DNA of 49,042 bases from Chrysochromulina tobinii (taxonomy: Eukaryota), in NCBI GenBank assembly GCA_001275005.1, contig JWZX01002021.1, positions 1 through 49,042 on the forward strand. The letters are read 5' to 3'. Below, piece by piece: positions 1 to 10,900 of this stretch. The notes beneath the pieces were generated by a model. That model did no database searches. It worked only from the letters and a program-made list of their open reading frames with translations, and was not told the DNA's origin. The position numbers were made by a program, and so were the translations under genes. Every line of letters starts with the position of its first letter. Positions within the stretch are counted from its first letter, which is position 1.

Positions 1-3000
1 TCGTCTCGCCCGCCTGTGATCGGCACGCCTCCGTCTTGTCGACGACGACCTCGTACTTCTCGCCCGTGATGAACGACATCGTCTTGGCCGCGAACCGCGC
101 TCGCGAGTGCGTATCGGTCGCGCCGGTCGCCACGACGCACCTGGACGTGTGATGCAGCACGCGCAACGGCACGCCTGTGGGAAGCGGGAGCTCGCTTGCC
201 CAGTGCGAGGTGCCGGCATGCACGGAGCGCAGCACCACGTCTACCGACGCGAAGGCACGAGCAACGCGCAGCACCATCGCCGCCGTCTCGCCCACAGACG
301 GCGTGAACTCAACGGTCGCCTCATCGAGCAGGTCGGACTCTGGCACACGGAGCCAAAAGTTCTCGCCCACGTACAGGTTGGCTGCCTGGCCGTCGACGGA
401 GCCCGAGCCGTTGGCGGCGGTTCCGGCGTGCACGACGGCCTTGGACTCACAGTGCACGATTTCAAAGCCGATGCGCTCGGGGAGCGGCAGCGAGCGCGCC
501 CAGTGCTGCGTGTCCACGAGCGCCGGCTTGAGCACGAAGCTCATCGAGGCGCAAGCTCGGACCACCTCGATGACCACCTCGACGCCACGCGCACTCGAGG
601 CGCCGCCATCGACGGTGAAGCTCGCCTCGCCTGCCGAGATGCCCGGGCCGCCAGGCGTGCGCGCTACGTAGGTCTCACCTACGAAGAGCGTGCCGCGCCG
701 CTTGATGACTGACTTGCCCACCTGGTCCGTGACGCCGCTCGCCACTTCCTTATTGAGCAACTTGTGTACGATCGTGTAGCGCAGTCCCGCGGGCGGCGCG
801 AGCGCGATCGAGGTCGCCGTGCGCAGTCGCTCGGTGCGCACCTTGACGACGAGTGTCACGTCGTTGGTCACTCGCTCAAAGGAGAGCTGCACGAGCTGTG
901 GCTGCAGCTGCCCCGTCGCCGGATCGGGCGCGGGCGGGCGGGCGATGAATTGGACAGCCTCGACGCGAACGCCCTCGGCGCCCTGAATGCCCTCGGCACC
1001 CGCGCCCTCGACAGTGTACGACTCTCCGATGAAGAGGGCGTGCGACTGCGACAGGTGGGCGAAGCCGTGATCGTCAGTCGTCGCGTGGCACACGAAGCCC
1101 TTGGTTTGCGTGTGCAGCACGCGCAGCACCGTCGGCGGAATCCCAAGCTCGACGCCCCAATGCTCGGCACCGAGTGCGCGCGACGGCTGCAGCTGCAGGA
1201 ACGTATCAACGGTCGCACGCTCGAGAAAGAGCTCTGCGACGCACGGACTCCCCGGCCGACCTTTCTGCTTCGACGGCGAGTTGGACGACACTTCGAAGAG
1301 CGGCGTGGCGCCACTCGGGGCGGTCAGCGTGAAGGTGGCCGAGCCGCCCCTGACGACGCTCGACTCGCCCACAATGAGGGCGTACTGCTCTCCCACGATC
1401 AGAGCGTCCTGTGCGGGCACGAAGCAGTCGCCGTGTGCGTCGACGTGGCCCGACGTCACGCGCTCGCCCGTGTCCACGTGGTCGATGACGAAGGCGAGCC
1501 CCGGCGGCAGCCCGACGCTTGCCATCCAATTACTGCCGCCGGTGCCTGCCGTCGGGCGGATGCGTACGGCAACCGGCGCGGTCGCGCGGAGCACCGTCAT
1601 GTCGACCGTCGTTGGGTGCATCGAGCGCACCTCGAAGGGGCAAGGCTCGCCCAACACGGCGCCACCCTCGATCAACTCGATCGTGTACGACTCGCCGACG
1701 AAGAGGGCACCTGTGCCACTCAGCTGCGTCTGCATGTATGCGGCGGCCGCGCCGCCACCGGCGGCGGCGGCAGCGGCGGCGGCGGCACGGCGCGAGTAGC
1801 TCCCGTCGAGCACCCGCGCCTTTGTCTGCCGATGGCGCACGACGAAGCCGAAGCCGTCAGGCAGCGGCAGTCGATTGGCCCAATGGGTTGGCCCAAGCTG
1901 CGCGACGGCCCAGCGGATCGTCAGATCCGAGCACAGTCGCTCAGTGTACACCGTCACGTCCAGCGGTTCGTCACCTGGCTGTACGACCACGTTGATCGAG
2001 GACGGGCGGAACGCGGCCGCCGCTGCGCCGCCGCTCGACGCCTCGGGCACGACGCGGATGACGAAACTCTCGTTCACAGCGAGGCCGAAGTCGAGCGCCA
2101 CGCTCGCCCGCTGCACGCTCGGCGGCGGTGCCACGCGCGGCAGCCCCGCACGCTCGCGCTCGGCGGCTGGCAGCGACGGCTGCACTCCGAGAGCCGTCGC
2201 GCGTGTGACGAGTTGGTTGCTTTGGCTATGCAACACCTCAATAGGCACGTTGGTGAGCGGGAGCGCGGCCGCCCACGGCGAGGTGAGCGACTCGCTCGAC
2301 GACACGTGCACGCGTACTTGGCGGGAGAGGCGCGCCAGGTGCAAGGTGACGTCACTCGCGCCGCCGCGTCCCAGGTTGACGAGCTGCAACGCCTTGCTTA
2401 CGTCGAGGGCCACCGCGGCGTAGCCGACGAGGCGCGCCTCAACGGCGACCACCCACACGCTCCCTGTCGCCGACTCGGCGTGCTGGCGTGCTGCGCCGCG
2501 GACGCCGCCCACATCGTTGGCTCCTCCTGCTGCTCCTCCTGCTGCTGACCCAGCTCCTCCTCCTGTTGCTGCTGCTGCTGCTGCTGGGCGCGGCTCGCGT
2601 GGCGCCGCCCACGTATATGTGCCCGCACCCTGCGCGGCCATCGACGCGGGCTGCTCAGCGCCGACAAACAGATAGCCGCAGCTTCCGCCGCCGCTTCCGC
2701 CGCCGCCGCTTCCGCCGCCGCTTCCGCCGCCGCCGCTCCCGCCGGCGTTTCCGCCGGCGTTTCCGCCGCCGCCGCCGCCGCCGCCAGCAGCATCGGAGAC
2801 TCTCCAGAGAGAGTCGGCAAGGTCGGCGCGGCGCTGCGGGATGCGGTCGAGGTATGCCATTAGGTCGACCTCGACGACGACACCGCATTGTGCGGAGTGG
2901 ATGTCGTAGATGGGTGCGCCCACGTCGGACGCGCGCCCTTCGAAGAGCACCTCGCCGTCGTGCCGCGGCGACCGATCCACGACCGTCAGCCGCACGTCAG

Positions 3001-4102
3001 CCAACTTGGCCGCGCAGTGTGGGAGATCGAGATCTCCCGCCGAGTCAAAGTTGGCACGGAGCACGATGCGGAGCTTGGGCTTGGCGGCGAGAGGGATGCG
3101 CAGCTCCACGGGTGCCATGAGCCCGCGTGGCAGTGGCACGCGCGTCAGGCTGAGCATGGCCTCCTCGGCAAAGTAGCCGTCCGCCACGTGCATGGGCACG
3201 CGCACTGTGTACGTCCCACGCAACAGACGCACTAGCACTCCGGGCGCCTCGGGCGGGCCCCCACGCCGGCTGCCGACGCGCTCATCGACGACGAGCTGGC
3301 TCCCGTCATGGCTGAGCACCACGACGCGCGTGTTCGGCAGGAAGTGCGCCGTGCCATCCGGGCGGACCGCGCACGGGCGCAGGTTGAGGTGGAAGACTGG
3401 CACCATCGATTGCACTCCGTCCTGCCAGTCGGGCCAGACGGGCCACTTGCCCGTGTGTAGCTTGGACCACAGGTTGAATGTCACCAGCCGGCCGTCCACG
3501 CGTAGCCGGGCGTCGATTTCGAAGGCGCCCAGGCGCGCGCGTGTGCCCGGCGGCGCGGCCGCGCGCAGCCGGAAGTCGGTCGCAAAGATCGAGACGACTG
3601 TGCCTGGGTAGTAGTTGAGCATGTATTGGCGCACGAGCTCGGCCTCCTCGTGGAAGCGCTCCTCGGTGTGCTTTGTCGACACCTGCGCCTCCCGGTCGCT
3701 CGAATTGAAGCAATACTCGATGACCACTGTCAAGTCGCCCTCAGCTGGCTGCGGAGCGCCGGAACGCTCGAACTTGAGCTCGAGCCATGCGTCCTCCTCG
3801 AGCGCTTGGTAGAGCGGTCGGAAGGCGCGCGGCTCGATGGTGCTGGTGAGTGGTGGCTCGTTGGAGGCTCGAGCGAGCCGCTTGCTCGTTGGAGGCTCGA
3901 GCGAGCTCGATCCGGCGGCAGAAACCGCAAACCTTGGCTCCTGAGAGCAGGCGCCAGTTGAGGGCTTTGGCGGAGCCATTCGGCCACTGGACTGCGGCCG
4001 GGCTGGCCGTGGCGACGATTTGTCGCTCGCATTGGCAAAGGAGACCGATGGTTGACCGCGCGCGGGTGACCGCGCAAAAGCGCCGTTGGTCAGGTCTGCC
4101 AT
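1..4102 (-). CDS. Large protein (>1360 aa, runs off the window edge): N-terminal Rdx/SelW-like thioredoxin-fold domain (CxxS) followed by tandem ~100-130-aa beta-sandwich-like repeats
   Basis: Manual translation of the minus strand from ATG 4102 (alternative ATG 3979) gives no stop down to base 1, which is why it is missing from the ORF track. Contains LTVVIEYCFNS...STKHTEERF...RLGAFEI...LWSKLHTGKWP, then repeats of the form HWAxxLPLP...V/I-x-H...G-x-TD-xx-G...LFVGExY. The plus-strand ORFs here are antisense shadows. Confidence 0.85.
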   Translation of the reverse strand, partial: MADLTNGAFARSPARGQPSVSFANASDKSSPRPARPQSSGRMAPPKPSTGACSQEPRFAVSAAGSSSLEPPTSKRLARASNEPPLTSTIEPRAFRPLYQALEEDAWLELKFERSGAPQPAEGDLTVVIEYCFNSSDREAQVSTKHTEERFHEEAELVRQYMLNYYPGTVVSIFATDFRLRAAAPPGTRARLGAFEIDARLRVDGRLVTFNLWSKLHTGKWPVWPDWQDGVQSMVPVFHLNLRPCAVRPDGTAHFLPNTRVVVLSHDGSQLVVDERVGSRRGGPPEAPGVLVRLLRGTYTVRVPMHVADGYFAEEAMLSLTRVPLPRGLMAPVELRIPLAAKPKLRIVLRANFDSAGDLDLPHCAAKLADVRLTVVDRSPRHDGEVLFEGRASDVGAPIYDIHSAQCGVVVEVDLMAYLDRIPQRRADLADSLWRVSDAAGGGGGGGGNAGGNAGGSGGGGSGGGSGGGGSGGGSCGYLFVGAEQPASMAAQGAGTYTWAAPREPRPAAAAAATGGGAGSAAGGAAGGANDVGGVRGAARQHAESATGSVWVVAVEARLVGYAAVALDVSKALQLVNLGRGGASDVTLHLARLSRQVRVHVSSSESLTSPWAAALPLTNVPIEVLHSQSNQLVTRATALGVQPSLPAAERERAGLPRVAPPPSVQRASVALDFGLAVNESFVIRVVPEASSGGAAAAAFRPSSINVVVQPGDEPLDVTVYTERLCSDLTIRWAVAQLGPTHWANRLPLPDGFGFVVRHRQTKARVLDGSYSRRAAAAAAAAAGGGAAAAYMQTQLSGTGALFVGESYTIELIEGGAVLGEPCPFEVRSMHPTTVDMTVLRATAPVAVRIRPTAGTGGSNWMASVGLPPGLAFVIDHVDTGERVTSGHVDAHGDCFVPAQDALIVGEQYALIVGESSVVRGGSATFTLTAPSGATPLFEVSSNSPSKQKGRPGSPCVAELFLERATVDTFLQLQPSRALGAEHWGVELGIPPTVLRVLHTQTKGFVCHATTDDHGFAHLSQSHALFIGESYTVEGAGAEGIQGAEGVRVEAVQFIARPPAPDPATGQLQPQLVQLSFERVTNDVTLVVKVRTERLRTATSIALAPPAGLRYTIVHKLLNKEVASGVTDQVGKSVIKRRGTLFVGETYVARTPGGPGISAGEASFTVDGGASSARGVEVVIEVVRACASMSFVLKPALVDTQHWARSLPLPERIGFEIVHCESKAVVHAGTAANGSGSVDGQAANLYVGENFWLRVPESDLLDEATVEFTPSVGETAAMVLRVARAFASVDVVLRSVHAGTSHWASELPLPTGVPLRVLHHTSRCVVATGATDTHSRARFAAKTMSFITGEKYEVVVDKTEACRSQAGET

Positions 4103-4381
4103 ATCTAGGCGTCGTGTAGAGCACGCGGTCCGATTAGAGCACTGCCGGGAAACTCGAGCCCTTCCTTTTGCCGAGGCCTGTGTCTAGCAGGGCGTGTCGT
4201 CCATGCGATAGCGGCCCCCGTGCATGGGGGTCGGGGGGGCCGGAGGTACGTTGTCGTTGCGCGTTGTGTTGACCAGCATAGGCCACTGACAGCACCCAAC
4301 AGCACCCCAGAGAATGCTGCGAGAATGCGAGAAAGGGTGTTGACCTGTTTTTGATGAGGTGGGGGAGACCCACATCTTCTA

Positions 4382-5530
4382 TTATTCGCGCAACCTACCA
4401 CAGTCCCGATTAGAAAGCAGGAGCTCGTGGAAGTGGCCATGCTTGCTCGGGTTGCGCATCACGATGCCCACGAAGCGCTCAAACCCCGCGAATGACTCGA
4501 TCACGTACGCGGAGCCGTAGCCGCCGCTTGCGGGCGCAAAGGCACTCGCCGGCATCGCGTCGCTCACCACAGGCAGCTGGCACACGTCGAGATCGACGGG
4601 CTTGAACGCATCACGCTTGACGTTGCGGTGGGGCAACGTGACTGTCCGGTAGCGCTTTGACGTGATCAAGTCACGGAAGGTGGCCATGGCGGCTGCGAAG
4701 CTGAGATTGTGATGCGCCCACGCACCAGGCTGCACCTCAAGCACAATATCGTTGAGCAGGTGCCACGCAGGCCGCAACGCCTCGAGCACATGCGGCTCAA
4801 AGCCCTCGGTGTCTATCTTGGTCACCGCCACCTCGGCGCCACGAGGAAGCGACGCCAATAGCAGAGCACCGACCTCGAGCGGCTCGACGGGCTGAAAGTC
4901 GCTCGCATTGAGGGCGTCGCTGCCGTGGCGCAGCTTGCCGGACGGCCACCGGCCGCGCACCGCCGTCGGCGAGGCCATCGTGTCGCACCTCGTGCGGGGC
5001 ACCTGGATGGCGGATGCATGCGAGCCCGGGCGCGCTACGTAACGATTGAGCACCGTCGAATTGCCAAGCAAGCCGTTGAGATGCAGGTGGCAGCGCGTGA
5101 GCTGCCAGCACTTGGGCTGCATTTCCACAGCGATCACGCGTGCGCCGAGGCTGGCGCCGACCACACTGTAGTAACCCATGTTTGCCCCGACATCGAGCAC
5201 AAAAGGCGGCGTCGCCACCATCCCTGGCGCTCGCGCAGCTGTGTGCCGCAAGATGGCTCGCACATAGCCCGAGACTGAGAGGCTCTCGATCTTGTCAAAG
5301 TTGCGCATGTACTGGTGCCACCGCCGTAGCACGACCATGTGCTTGTCGCGCAGCTGTGGCCAACGGTAGACGGGCAGCGGCTTTGTGGCGCTCGCGGAGC
5401 AGAAGCCCGTCGAATCGAGGGCGTCTTGCTCGAATGCGGAGGTGATGCTGTCGGCCACAGCGCCGCCGCTGAGTGCAAAAAGCAACGGGAGACGCAGGCG
5501 GCGTGAACGCGTTGCCATTGGTTGTGACAT
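4382..5530 (-). CDS. FkbM-family SAM-dependent methyltransferase with N-terminal signal peptide/anchor (382 aa)
   Basis: Motifs VLDVGANMGYYS, RVIAVEMQP and KIDTEGFEPHVL; hydrophobic N-terminus LRLPLLFALSGGAVA. Confidence 0.85.
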   Translation of the reverse strand: MSQPMATRSRRLRLPLLFALSGGAVADSITSAFEQDALDSTGFCSASATKPLPVYRWPQLRDKHMVVLRRWHQYMRNFDKIESLSVSGYVRAILRHTAARAPGMVATPPFVLDVGANMGYYSVVGASLGARVIAVEMQPKCWQLTRCHLHLNGLLGNSTVLNRYVARPGSHASAIQVPRTRCDTMASPTAVRGRWPSGKLRHGSDALNASDFQPVEPLEVGALLLASLPRGAEVAVTKIDTEGFEPHVLEALRPAWHLLNDIVLEVQPGAWAHHNLSFAAAMATFRDLITSKRYRTVTLPHRNVKRDAFKPVDLDVCQLPVVSDAMPASAFAPASGGYGSAYVIESFAGFERFVGIVMRNPSKHGHFHELLLSNRDCGRLRE

Positions 5531-5971
5531 GGAGTTGCCGCCCGGAACAGCGCCTATTCCAAACTCAAGTCAAGACAATGCATTTGCAAATCCCGAAGAG
5601 ACACAGGCGGGGAGCGCACACTTCGGGGGACCCTACAAGCTAAGATATCTCAACGGCCTGTGGCGGGATAACTGTTTTGTGGACGCCCGCGGGCCCCGTC
5701 CTCGCCGAGTTCCGTACTGTAGTCTGTACTCCCGGGTGGTGTCTCAGAGAGAGGGTGCTGGATCCCGTGGTGGACCGACGTGCACCGAGCGACGCCTGCA
5801 TGCGAGCCGCGCAAGCAAGCCCACCCCACGCGCACTCCGATGCCATGGTGCATGTGGGGGATTCACACGCGGGCCGACGTCTGCTGTCAGCCGCACTGTG
5901 TACAAGCTTGCCGCGATGCAGCTGGCGGCCGAGCCTCGGTTCGCCACCCAGCCGCCCCTAGCCGCCCACGC

Positions 5972-7045
5972 TCACTCGGCCTTCTTCTTCGGCGCTTCGG
6001 CCTTCTTGCCGAAGAGGTCATCTATGACTGAATAGATGAGCACGAAGCCAATGGCGATACCCGATCCAATCTTTTGCTCCTCGGTGAGCGCCTTGCCGGT
6101 TACGGCGGACATGTACACCATCACGATCACGCGCTTCGCCGTGTTCGCCACCGAGGCGGTCACGGGGCCAGTCGCCTTGATCGTCATGGTTGCGAGCTCG
6201 TTGTAGAGATAGAAGGTGAGCCCTGAGACGAACAGCCCCACTTGCAGTTTGCGCTCCGTGGCGAGCAGGTGCATGAACTCAGGGAACTTTTGCCACTCGG
6301 TCGCGATCATCACGGGCACCGAGATGAGGAACGCAAGCACCTCCGTCATCGCGAATTGATTGGCCACGTCGCCAATGCGCATCTTGAATGCCTTGTCGTC
6401 CATCAGCTTCTTGTTCTCAGAGCCCTTGAAAGCGGCGAACGCGTTGCTGAGCATGCCGAAGACGAGGGCGGTCTGGTCGAACTTCAGGCCGTATGCACCG
6501 GTCTCTGGGCTCTTCTTGAGGCTCGCGAACGCCACGCCGCCCACGATGCAGAAGAGGCACGAGACCTTGGCGAGCGACAGCGACTTCTTGTAGAAAACCG
6601 TGTTGACGAACGCGGAGAGCACCGGCTCGCCCGCCTTGACAATTTGGCCAAAGAGCGGGTCGGCACCGAGGCAGAAGACGCCCGACGAGTGCGCTGCCGC
6701 ACTGCAGAAGCCCACCGGGATCATCGCCACAAGATCCGTCCTCGTCGTCTCGGGCAGCTTCATCCTGTCAGGAAACTGAAGGCCACACAATTTGATCGGG
6801 TTCATGCGGACAAGCCACATCAGCAGCGCGTAAATCGTGCAGACGCCGAGCTGCATCGTAGACACCGTCATTGTCAGACCCCCCTTCTTGCCGCCCGCAC
6901 CATCCAGTGCCATTTTGTTGTACTCGTTGTAGTAAATGTTGCCGACGTACCAGAAGACAAAGAAGAGGAAAAGTGCGACTGAGTCAGGCGCGCCCTTGAA
7001 GGTCTTCTTCGCCTCAATCTCCTTCACCTCGACGTCGGGCCCCAT
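5972..7045 (-). CDS. Triose-phosphate/phosphate translocator family protein (357 aa from first ATG)
   Basis: FWYVGNIYYNEYNK, QIVKAGEPVLSA, FYLYNELA, PVTASVANTAKRVIV and multiple hydrophobic helices. The ORF-track start at 7060 is GTG; the first ATG is 7045. Confidence 0.9.
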   Translation of the reverse strand: MGPDVEVKEIEAKKTFKGAPDSVALFLFFVFWYVGNIYYNEYNKMALDGAGGKKGGLTMTVSTMQLGVCTIYALLMWLVRMNPIKLCGLQFPDRMKLPETTRTDLVAMIPVGFCSAAAHSSGVFCLGADPLFGQIVKAGEPVLSAFVNTVFYKKSLSLAKVSCLFCIVGGVAFASLKKSPETGAYGLKFDQTALVFGMLSNAFAAFKGSENKKLMDDKAFKMRIGDVANQFAMTEVLAFLISVPVMIATEWQKFPEFMHLLATERKLQVGLFVSGLTFYLYNELATMTIKATGPVTASVANTAKRVIVMVYMSAVTGKALTEEQKIGSGIAIGFVLIYSVIDDLFGKKAEAPKKKAE

Positions 7046-7983
7046 CACGACGCCGGTCACGCGGGGGTGCGTGAAATTGTTACGTCGAGCTGAGCGCGCG
7101 TCCAGCGTCCATTGATGACGATTCGAATGGAATCCGCCGGCAGCTGCGGCCTAATAAGTCAGTTTCGTCGCGGTTCCACCGCACGACAGCTGCTGCCTTT
7201 ATCAAGTACATAGTACATTGTTCGGCTGAGAAAATAGGTCCCTGCAGAAGAGCTAGTGGAAACTGCATCCGTCATTGACATTGCGTCCGGTGCTCTCCGG
7301 TGTCTTCATTCTCTTCAATGGCCCGTGTCTTGGGTGTTGACTTATAACCACTGTGTTGAGACTTGAGAGTAGTTCGTAGTTGAGAGTTGTTGCACAATTA
7401 GGTCACGTTCATGCACGATCAGTGTGAAGAGCGAGGCATAAGATTTAAGATACTGTGGGAGATCGGTGCTCGACTGTGTGAGTCAGTGAGTCTGGCAGCC
7501 TGAGTGAGTACACATGTAAGATGTAATATGTAGTGCTGGTTAGTAAAACTCGCCAAATGGCAGCGTTCTACTGAGCGTTCTACACGTGGCGAGGGGGGTA
7601 CCCATGGCTAGGCATACAGAGCGCGAGACTCTGAGACTGAGAGGAGCCGCCCCGGCCCACAACGAAGGACAAGCGAGTGCGACGATACACGGCCGGACAG
7701 ACGTTGTCGTCTGTCGTTGAGACGTGTATTTGTATTATTTAAGGGACGAGAGCGGACTCAGGTAAAACCTCGCGAAACAACAATAAACTTACAATAAACA
7801 TGGCGGATTTCGACGGGCAAGTGAGAAGTGTACGGTCAGGGGCCCGGAGCTCGAGACCGGCCGATGAAGTCAGACCGCACTTGGGTCTAGGACAGGAGCG
7901 CGAGACCGGAGAGACGTAGGCGTCCACGGCTCTCACGGAACGGAAGCACAAGAACCAACGCGGCGACTTTCTAAAGGACCTGA

Positions 7984-10900
7984 CTAGTGACTATCTTGTG
8001 AGGGCCGCTCCATCCAGAGCAACTCCGACTTGCTCGTTGCAAGGTCCTTACCCAGGTGGGGGATCGTCTGGGGGCGCCCCCAGTGGTCCGTGGCAGCCGC
8101 CTTCAGCCGGACGAGCGCGAGGTTGGTCTTGAAGCACGCCCCAGACGAGGCGCCCGCCGAGCGCGCCAGCTTGATGTACTCGAGCGCCGCTCGGCTCGCT
8201 TTCAGCTGAGCGGGCGTGGGAGGCGCCCGCTTGTGAGCGTCGCGGGTCTTGCCCATCTTCAGAACTTTGGCCGAGGCCGCCTTGAGTTCCTCACGCGAAA
8301 AGGGTGGCGGCTTGTCAGCCCCGCGGCGACGGGCCGAAGGCGACGGCGTCGCGGCCACATGCGCCGCCCCAGCGGGCGGCGAGGAAGGATGCGGCGGCGC
8401 GACCCACGCGGCTGTAGCCACACCGTCTAGTGAAGGCGACGGTTGGCCTGTCCGAGTGCTCGCGACGGCGCGGGGTTCGCTCGGCGCCGCGCCCACGACG
8501 GCGCGGGGCCCGCATATGCACGGCGCCGAGAGAGACGCGCTCAGCTGCGGCGCGGCGGATGGCGCTGACCGTGCCGGCGCTGTGGATGGTGCTGGCGGTG
8601 CCTGCAGTGCCCGTGACAGCGCTGAGGACGACGATGCTGGCGGGGACTGCCCCTCGGGCAACGGCCACGCCGTCGTCGGTGAGCTGTGGGCACTCGTGAG
8701 CGCCTTCGTGAGCGCCTTCGTGGGCGCCTTCGTGGGCGCCTCGCGAGCGGCGGTTGTGCGGGCCGCGGCGGCGGTCGTGGCCGCCCTCGCATACTCTTCG
8801 CCCTCTCGCGCGTCGAGGAGTGGCGCGGCCACCACCATCAGCGCCGCGAGCGCCTGCTCGAGGCGTGCGAGAGGCTCGACACCGTCGCGTTCGGCGTCCT
8901 CTTCGTCAAAGATGCCGAGCGCGTCGCTGTGCTTCCCGCCGGTCACGGTAGCAGGGACCGAGGCGGCGACGGACGCAGAGATGTACGCAAGACGAGCACG
9001 GTCGTCGTCGTCGTCATCGCCGTCGTCATCGTCAGCGGCGGCGGTGGGTGCGGGGACGGGCGGCCCTCCAAAGGACCATATTGCGCCACCCACCCCCTTG
9101 GCAGCGCCTCGTTGGCAGCGCCCCGTCATCGAGCTCAGCCTCGAGGCACGGTCGAGTGACCCAGCGCGTTCCTCCGTCTCCTCCGCCTTCTCTGCAACGG
9201 CGGTTAGGAAGACAGAGGATGGCGACCCAAGGCTTGAGGCCGAAGGCGACGGGGAGGTGACCGCCCCATCGGGCTGCCCATGCTCGAACGTCTTGATGGC
9301 AGCTCCCTTTCCCGTTCCGGGCATCGGCTTGAGCTGAATCGAGCTCCGTTGGCGCCGACGCGGGCTGCCAGTCGGCAGGTGGTACAGAGGAGGTGGGCTG
9401 CCGCTCGGCAGGCGGGGCCTGACCGCCTCGGCGCTTTCGTTCGCCTCCACGGCGGCCACTTCCATCGTCTTGCGCTGCTCGCGCACCTCGCGCTCCACGC
9501 GACGGATGGCTCCTACCGTCCAGTCGGCAGCATTGGCCAACGCCATCTGCAGCGCTCGGAGCTGCTGTGACGCGCGCTCGGCGAGCTTTTGCGCGCCGTC
9601 GTGACGCTCCTCCGCCTCCGACATTCGAGCCTCCGCCTCACGCCGCGCCTGCAACCGCACCTCCTCAAGCTCATCTGCCCCCAGAGGAGAGCTGCCCACG
9701 GGTGGTATGGGCGCAGCGGCTGCCGCCACAACGTTCGCTGTGCTCACCGACACTGCTGGCTGGTTGGTGCCGGCCACCACCGCCTCGCCGCCCTCCCTGC
9801 CCTGCTTGGCACCGCCACCCTCGGCACCGCTGCCGCTGCCGCCGCCGCCGACCACCTGCCATTGGGCCAACGCCTCGCGCAACTGGAGCAGCTGTGCCGC
9901 GAGCCGATCACGCCGAGCAGAGGTCTCTTGCATCTGCACCTGCATCGTGCGGTCGCCATTGCGCACAAATTCCACCACGTGGCGCAGCTTGGTCTGCAAC
10001 GGCGTGCCCGGCGCAATTCGTAGGATCGAGCTCATGTGCGCAAAGGCATGCTCCAGCCTCGCCAGCTGCTTCTTCACCTTCGCCTGTTTGGACGCGTTCT
10101 CCAAGAGACCCTCAGCAGCGTCTCTGGCCGCCACCGCGGTGGCCGCGTCCAAGCTCGCCATCTTCTCCTCCGCCAGCTTCACCAGCAGCGGGTGGGGTTG
10201 CACGGTCCTCGGATCGGTGGCCATATGGTGCGCAAGCTCCTGCTCCTTGCGCAGCTTCGCGAGCCTTGCGGCACGCTGCGCGGAGCGCTTCGCCTCACGC
10301 TCCCTCGCACGGTTGAGCTCATGCACCGCCTGCTGGGCTTGCGAGCGGGCGTGCTCCCGTTCGTTATCCTCGCGTGCAATGACTAGATTCAGGTGATCCC
10401 GCTCAGCCTCGCCCCTCTCCTTAGCGCGTCGCAGGTCAGTGCGGAGGGCGGCGATGTTGCTCTGCATGTACTCGAGTACCTCCGCCGTGCCCTCCGCCTC
10501 GGCGAGCTCGTCCTCAGCCTCGGCAACTTCTACCATCAGGGATGCCATCAGCTCGGCCTGTGGCGGCGGCGCGATCGCGGCCGCGGCGAGCATCGCGCGC
10601 TCCGCACCACCGCTCGGGCTACCAAGAGCGCCCACCCCGCCCCCAGCCAATTTACCGGCCACTTCGGATGGTGCCCTCCGGCGCTGCACTGGCGAGACAG
10701 CCGCAGCCGACGGCGGCGACTCGAGGACGACATGCGAGCTTGAGGCACTGAGGCGCGCGAAGGCCACGCGAAGGCGCTCCTCTCGAGCCGCTTGCTCCTT
10801 CGTCGCGGCCATCTCCTCTTTGAGATCGGGACGCACCTGCATGCAATGAGGGAGGCACTCAGAGGCACTCGGAGGCACTCAGAGGCAATCAGACACGCGC

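Noticed and set aside
3700..3715. Selenocysteine in the Rdx-like motif
   Set aside because: Codons read TGC TTC AAT TCG (CFNS); no in-frame TGA and no SECIS identified.
107..3961. Plus-strand ORFs such as 764..2548 (594 aa) and 107..712
   Set aside because: Arg/His-rich antisense shadows of the long minus-strand gene; typical of high-GC DNA.
7300..7980. More AT-rich intergenic stretch considered as a solo LTR or ncRNA
   Set aside because: No second copy, primer-binding site, target duplication or recognisable RNA structure.
8900..10830. Assignment of the coiled-coil protein to the outer dynein arm docking complex
   Set aside because: Only generic heptad composition; no diagnostic motif recognised.
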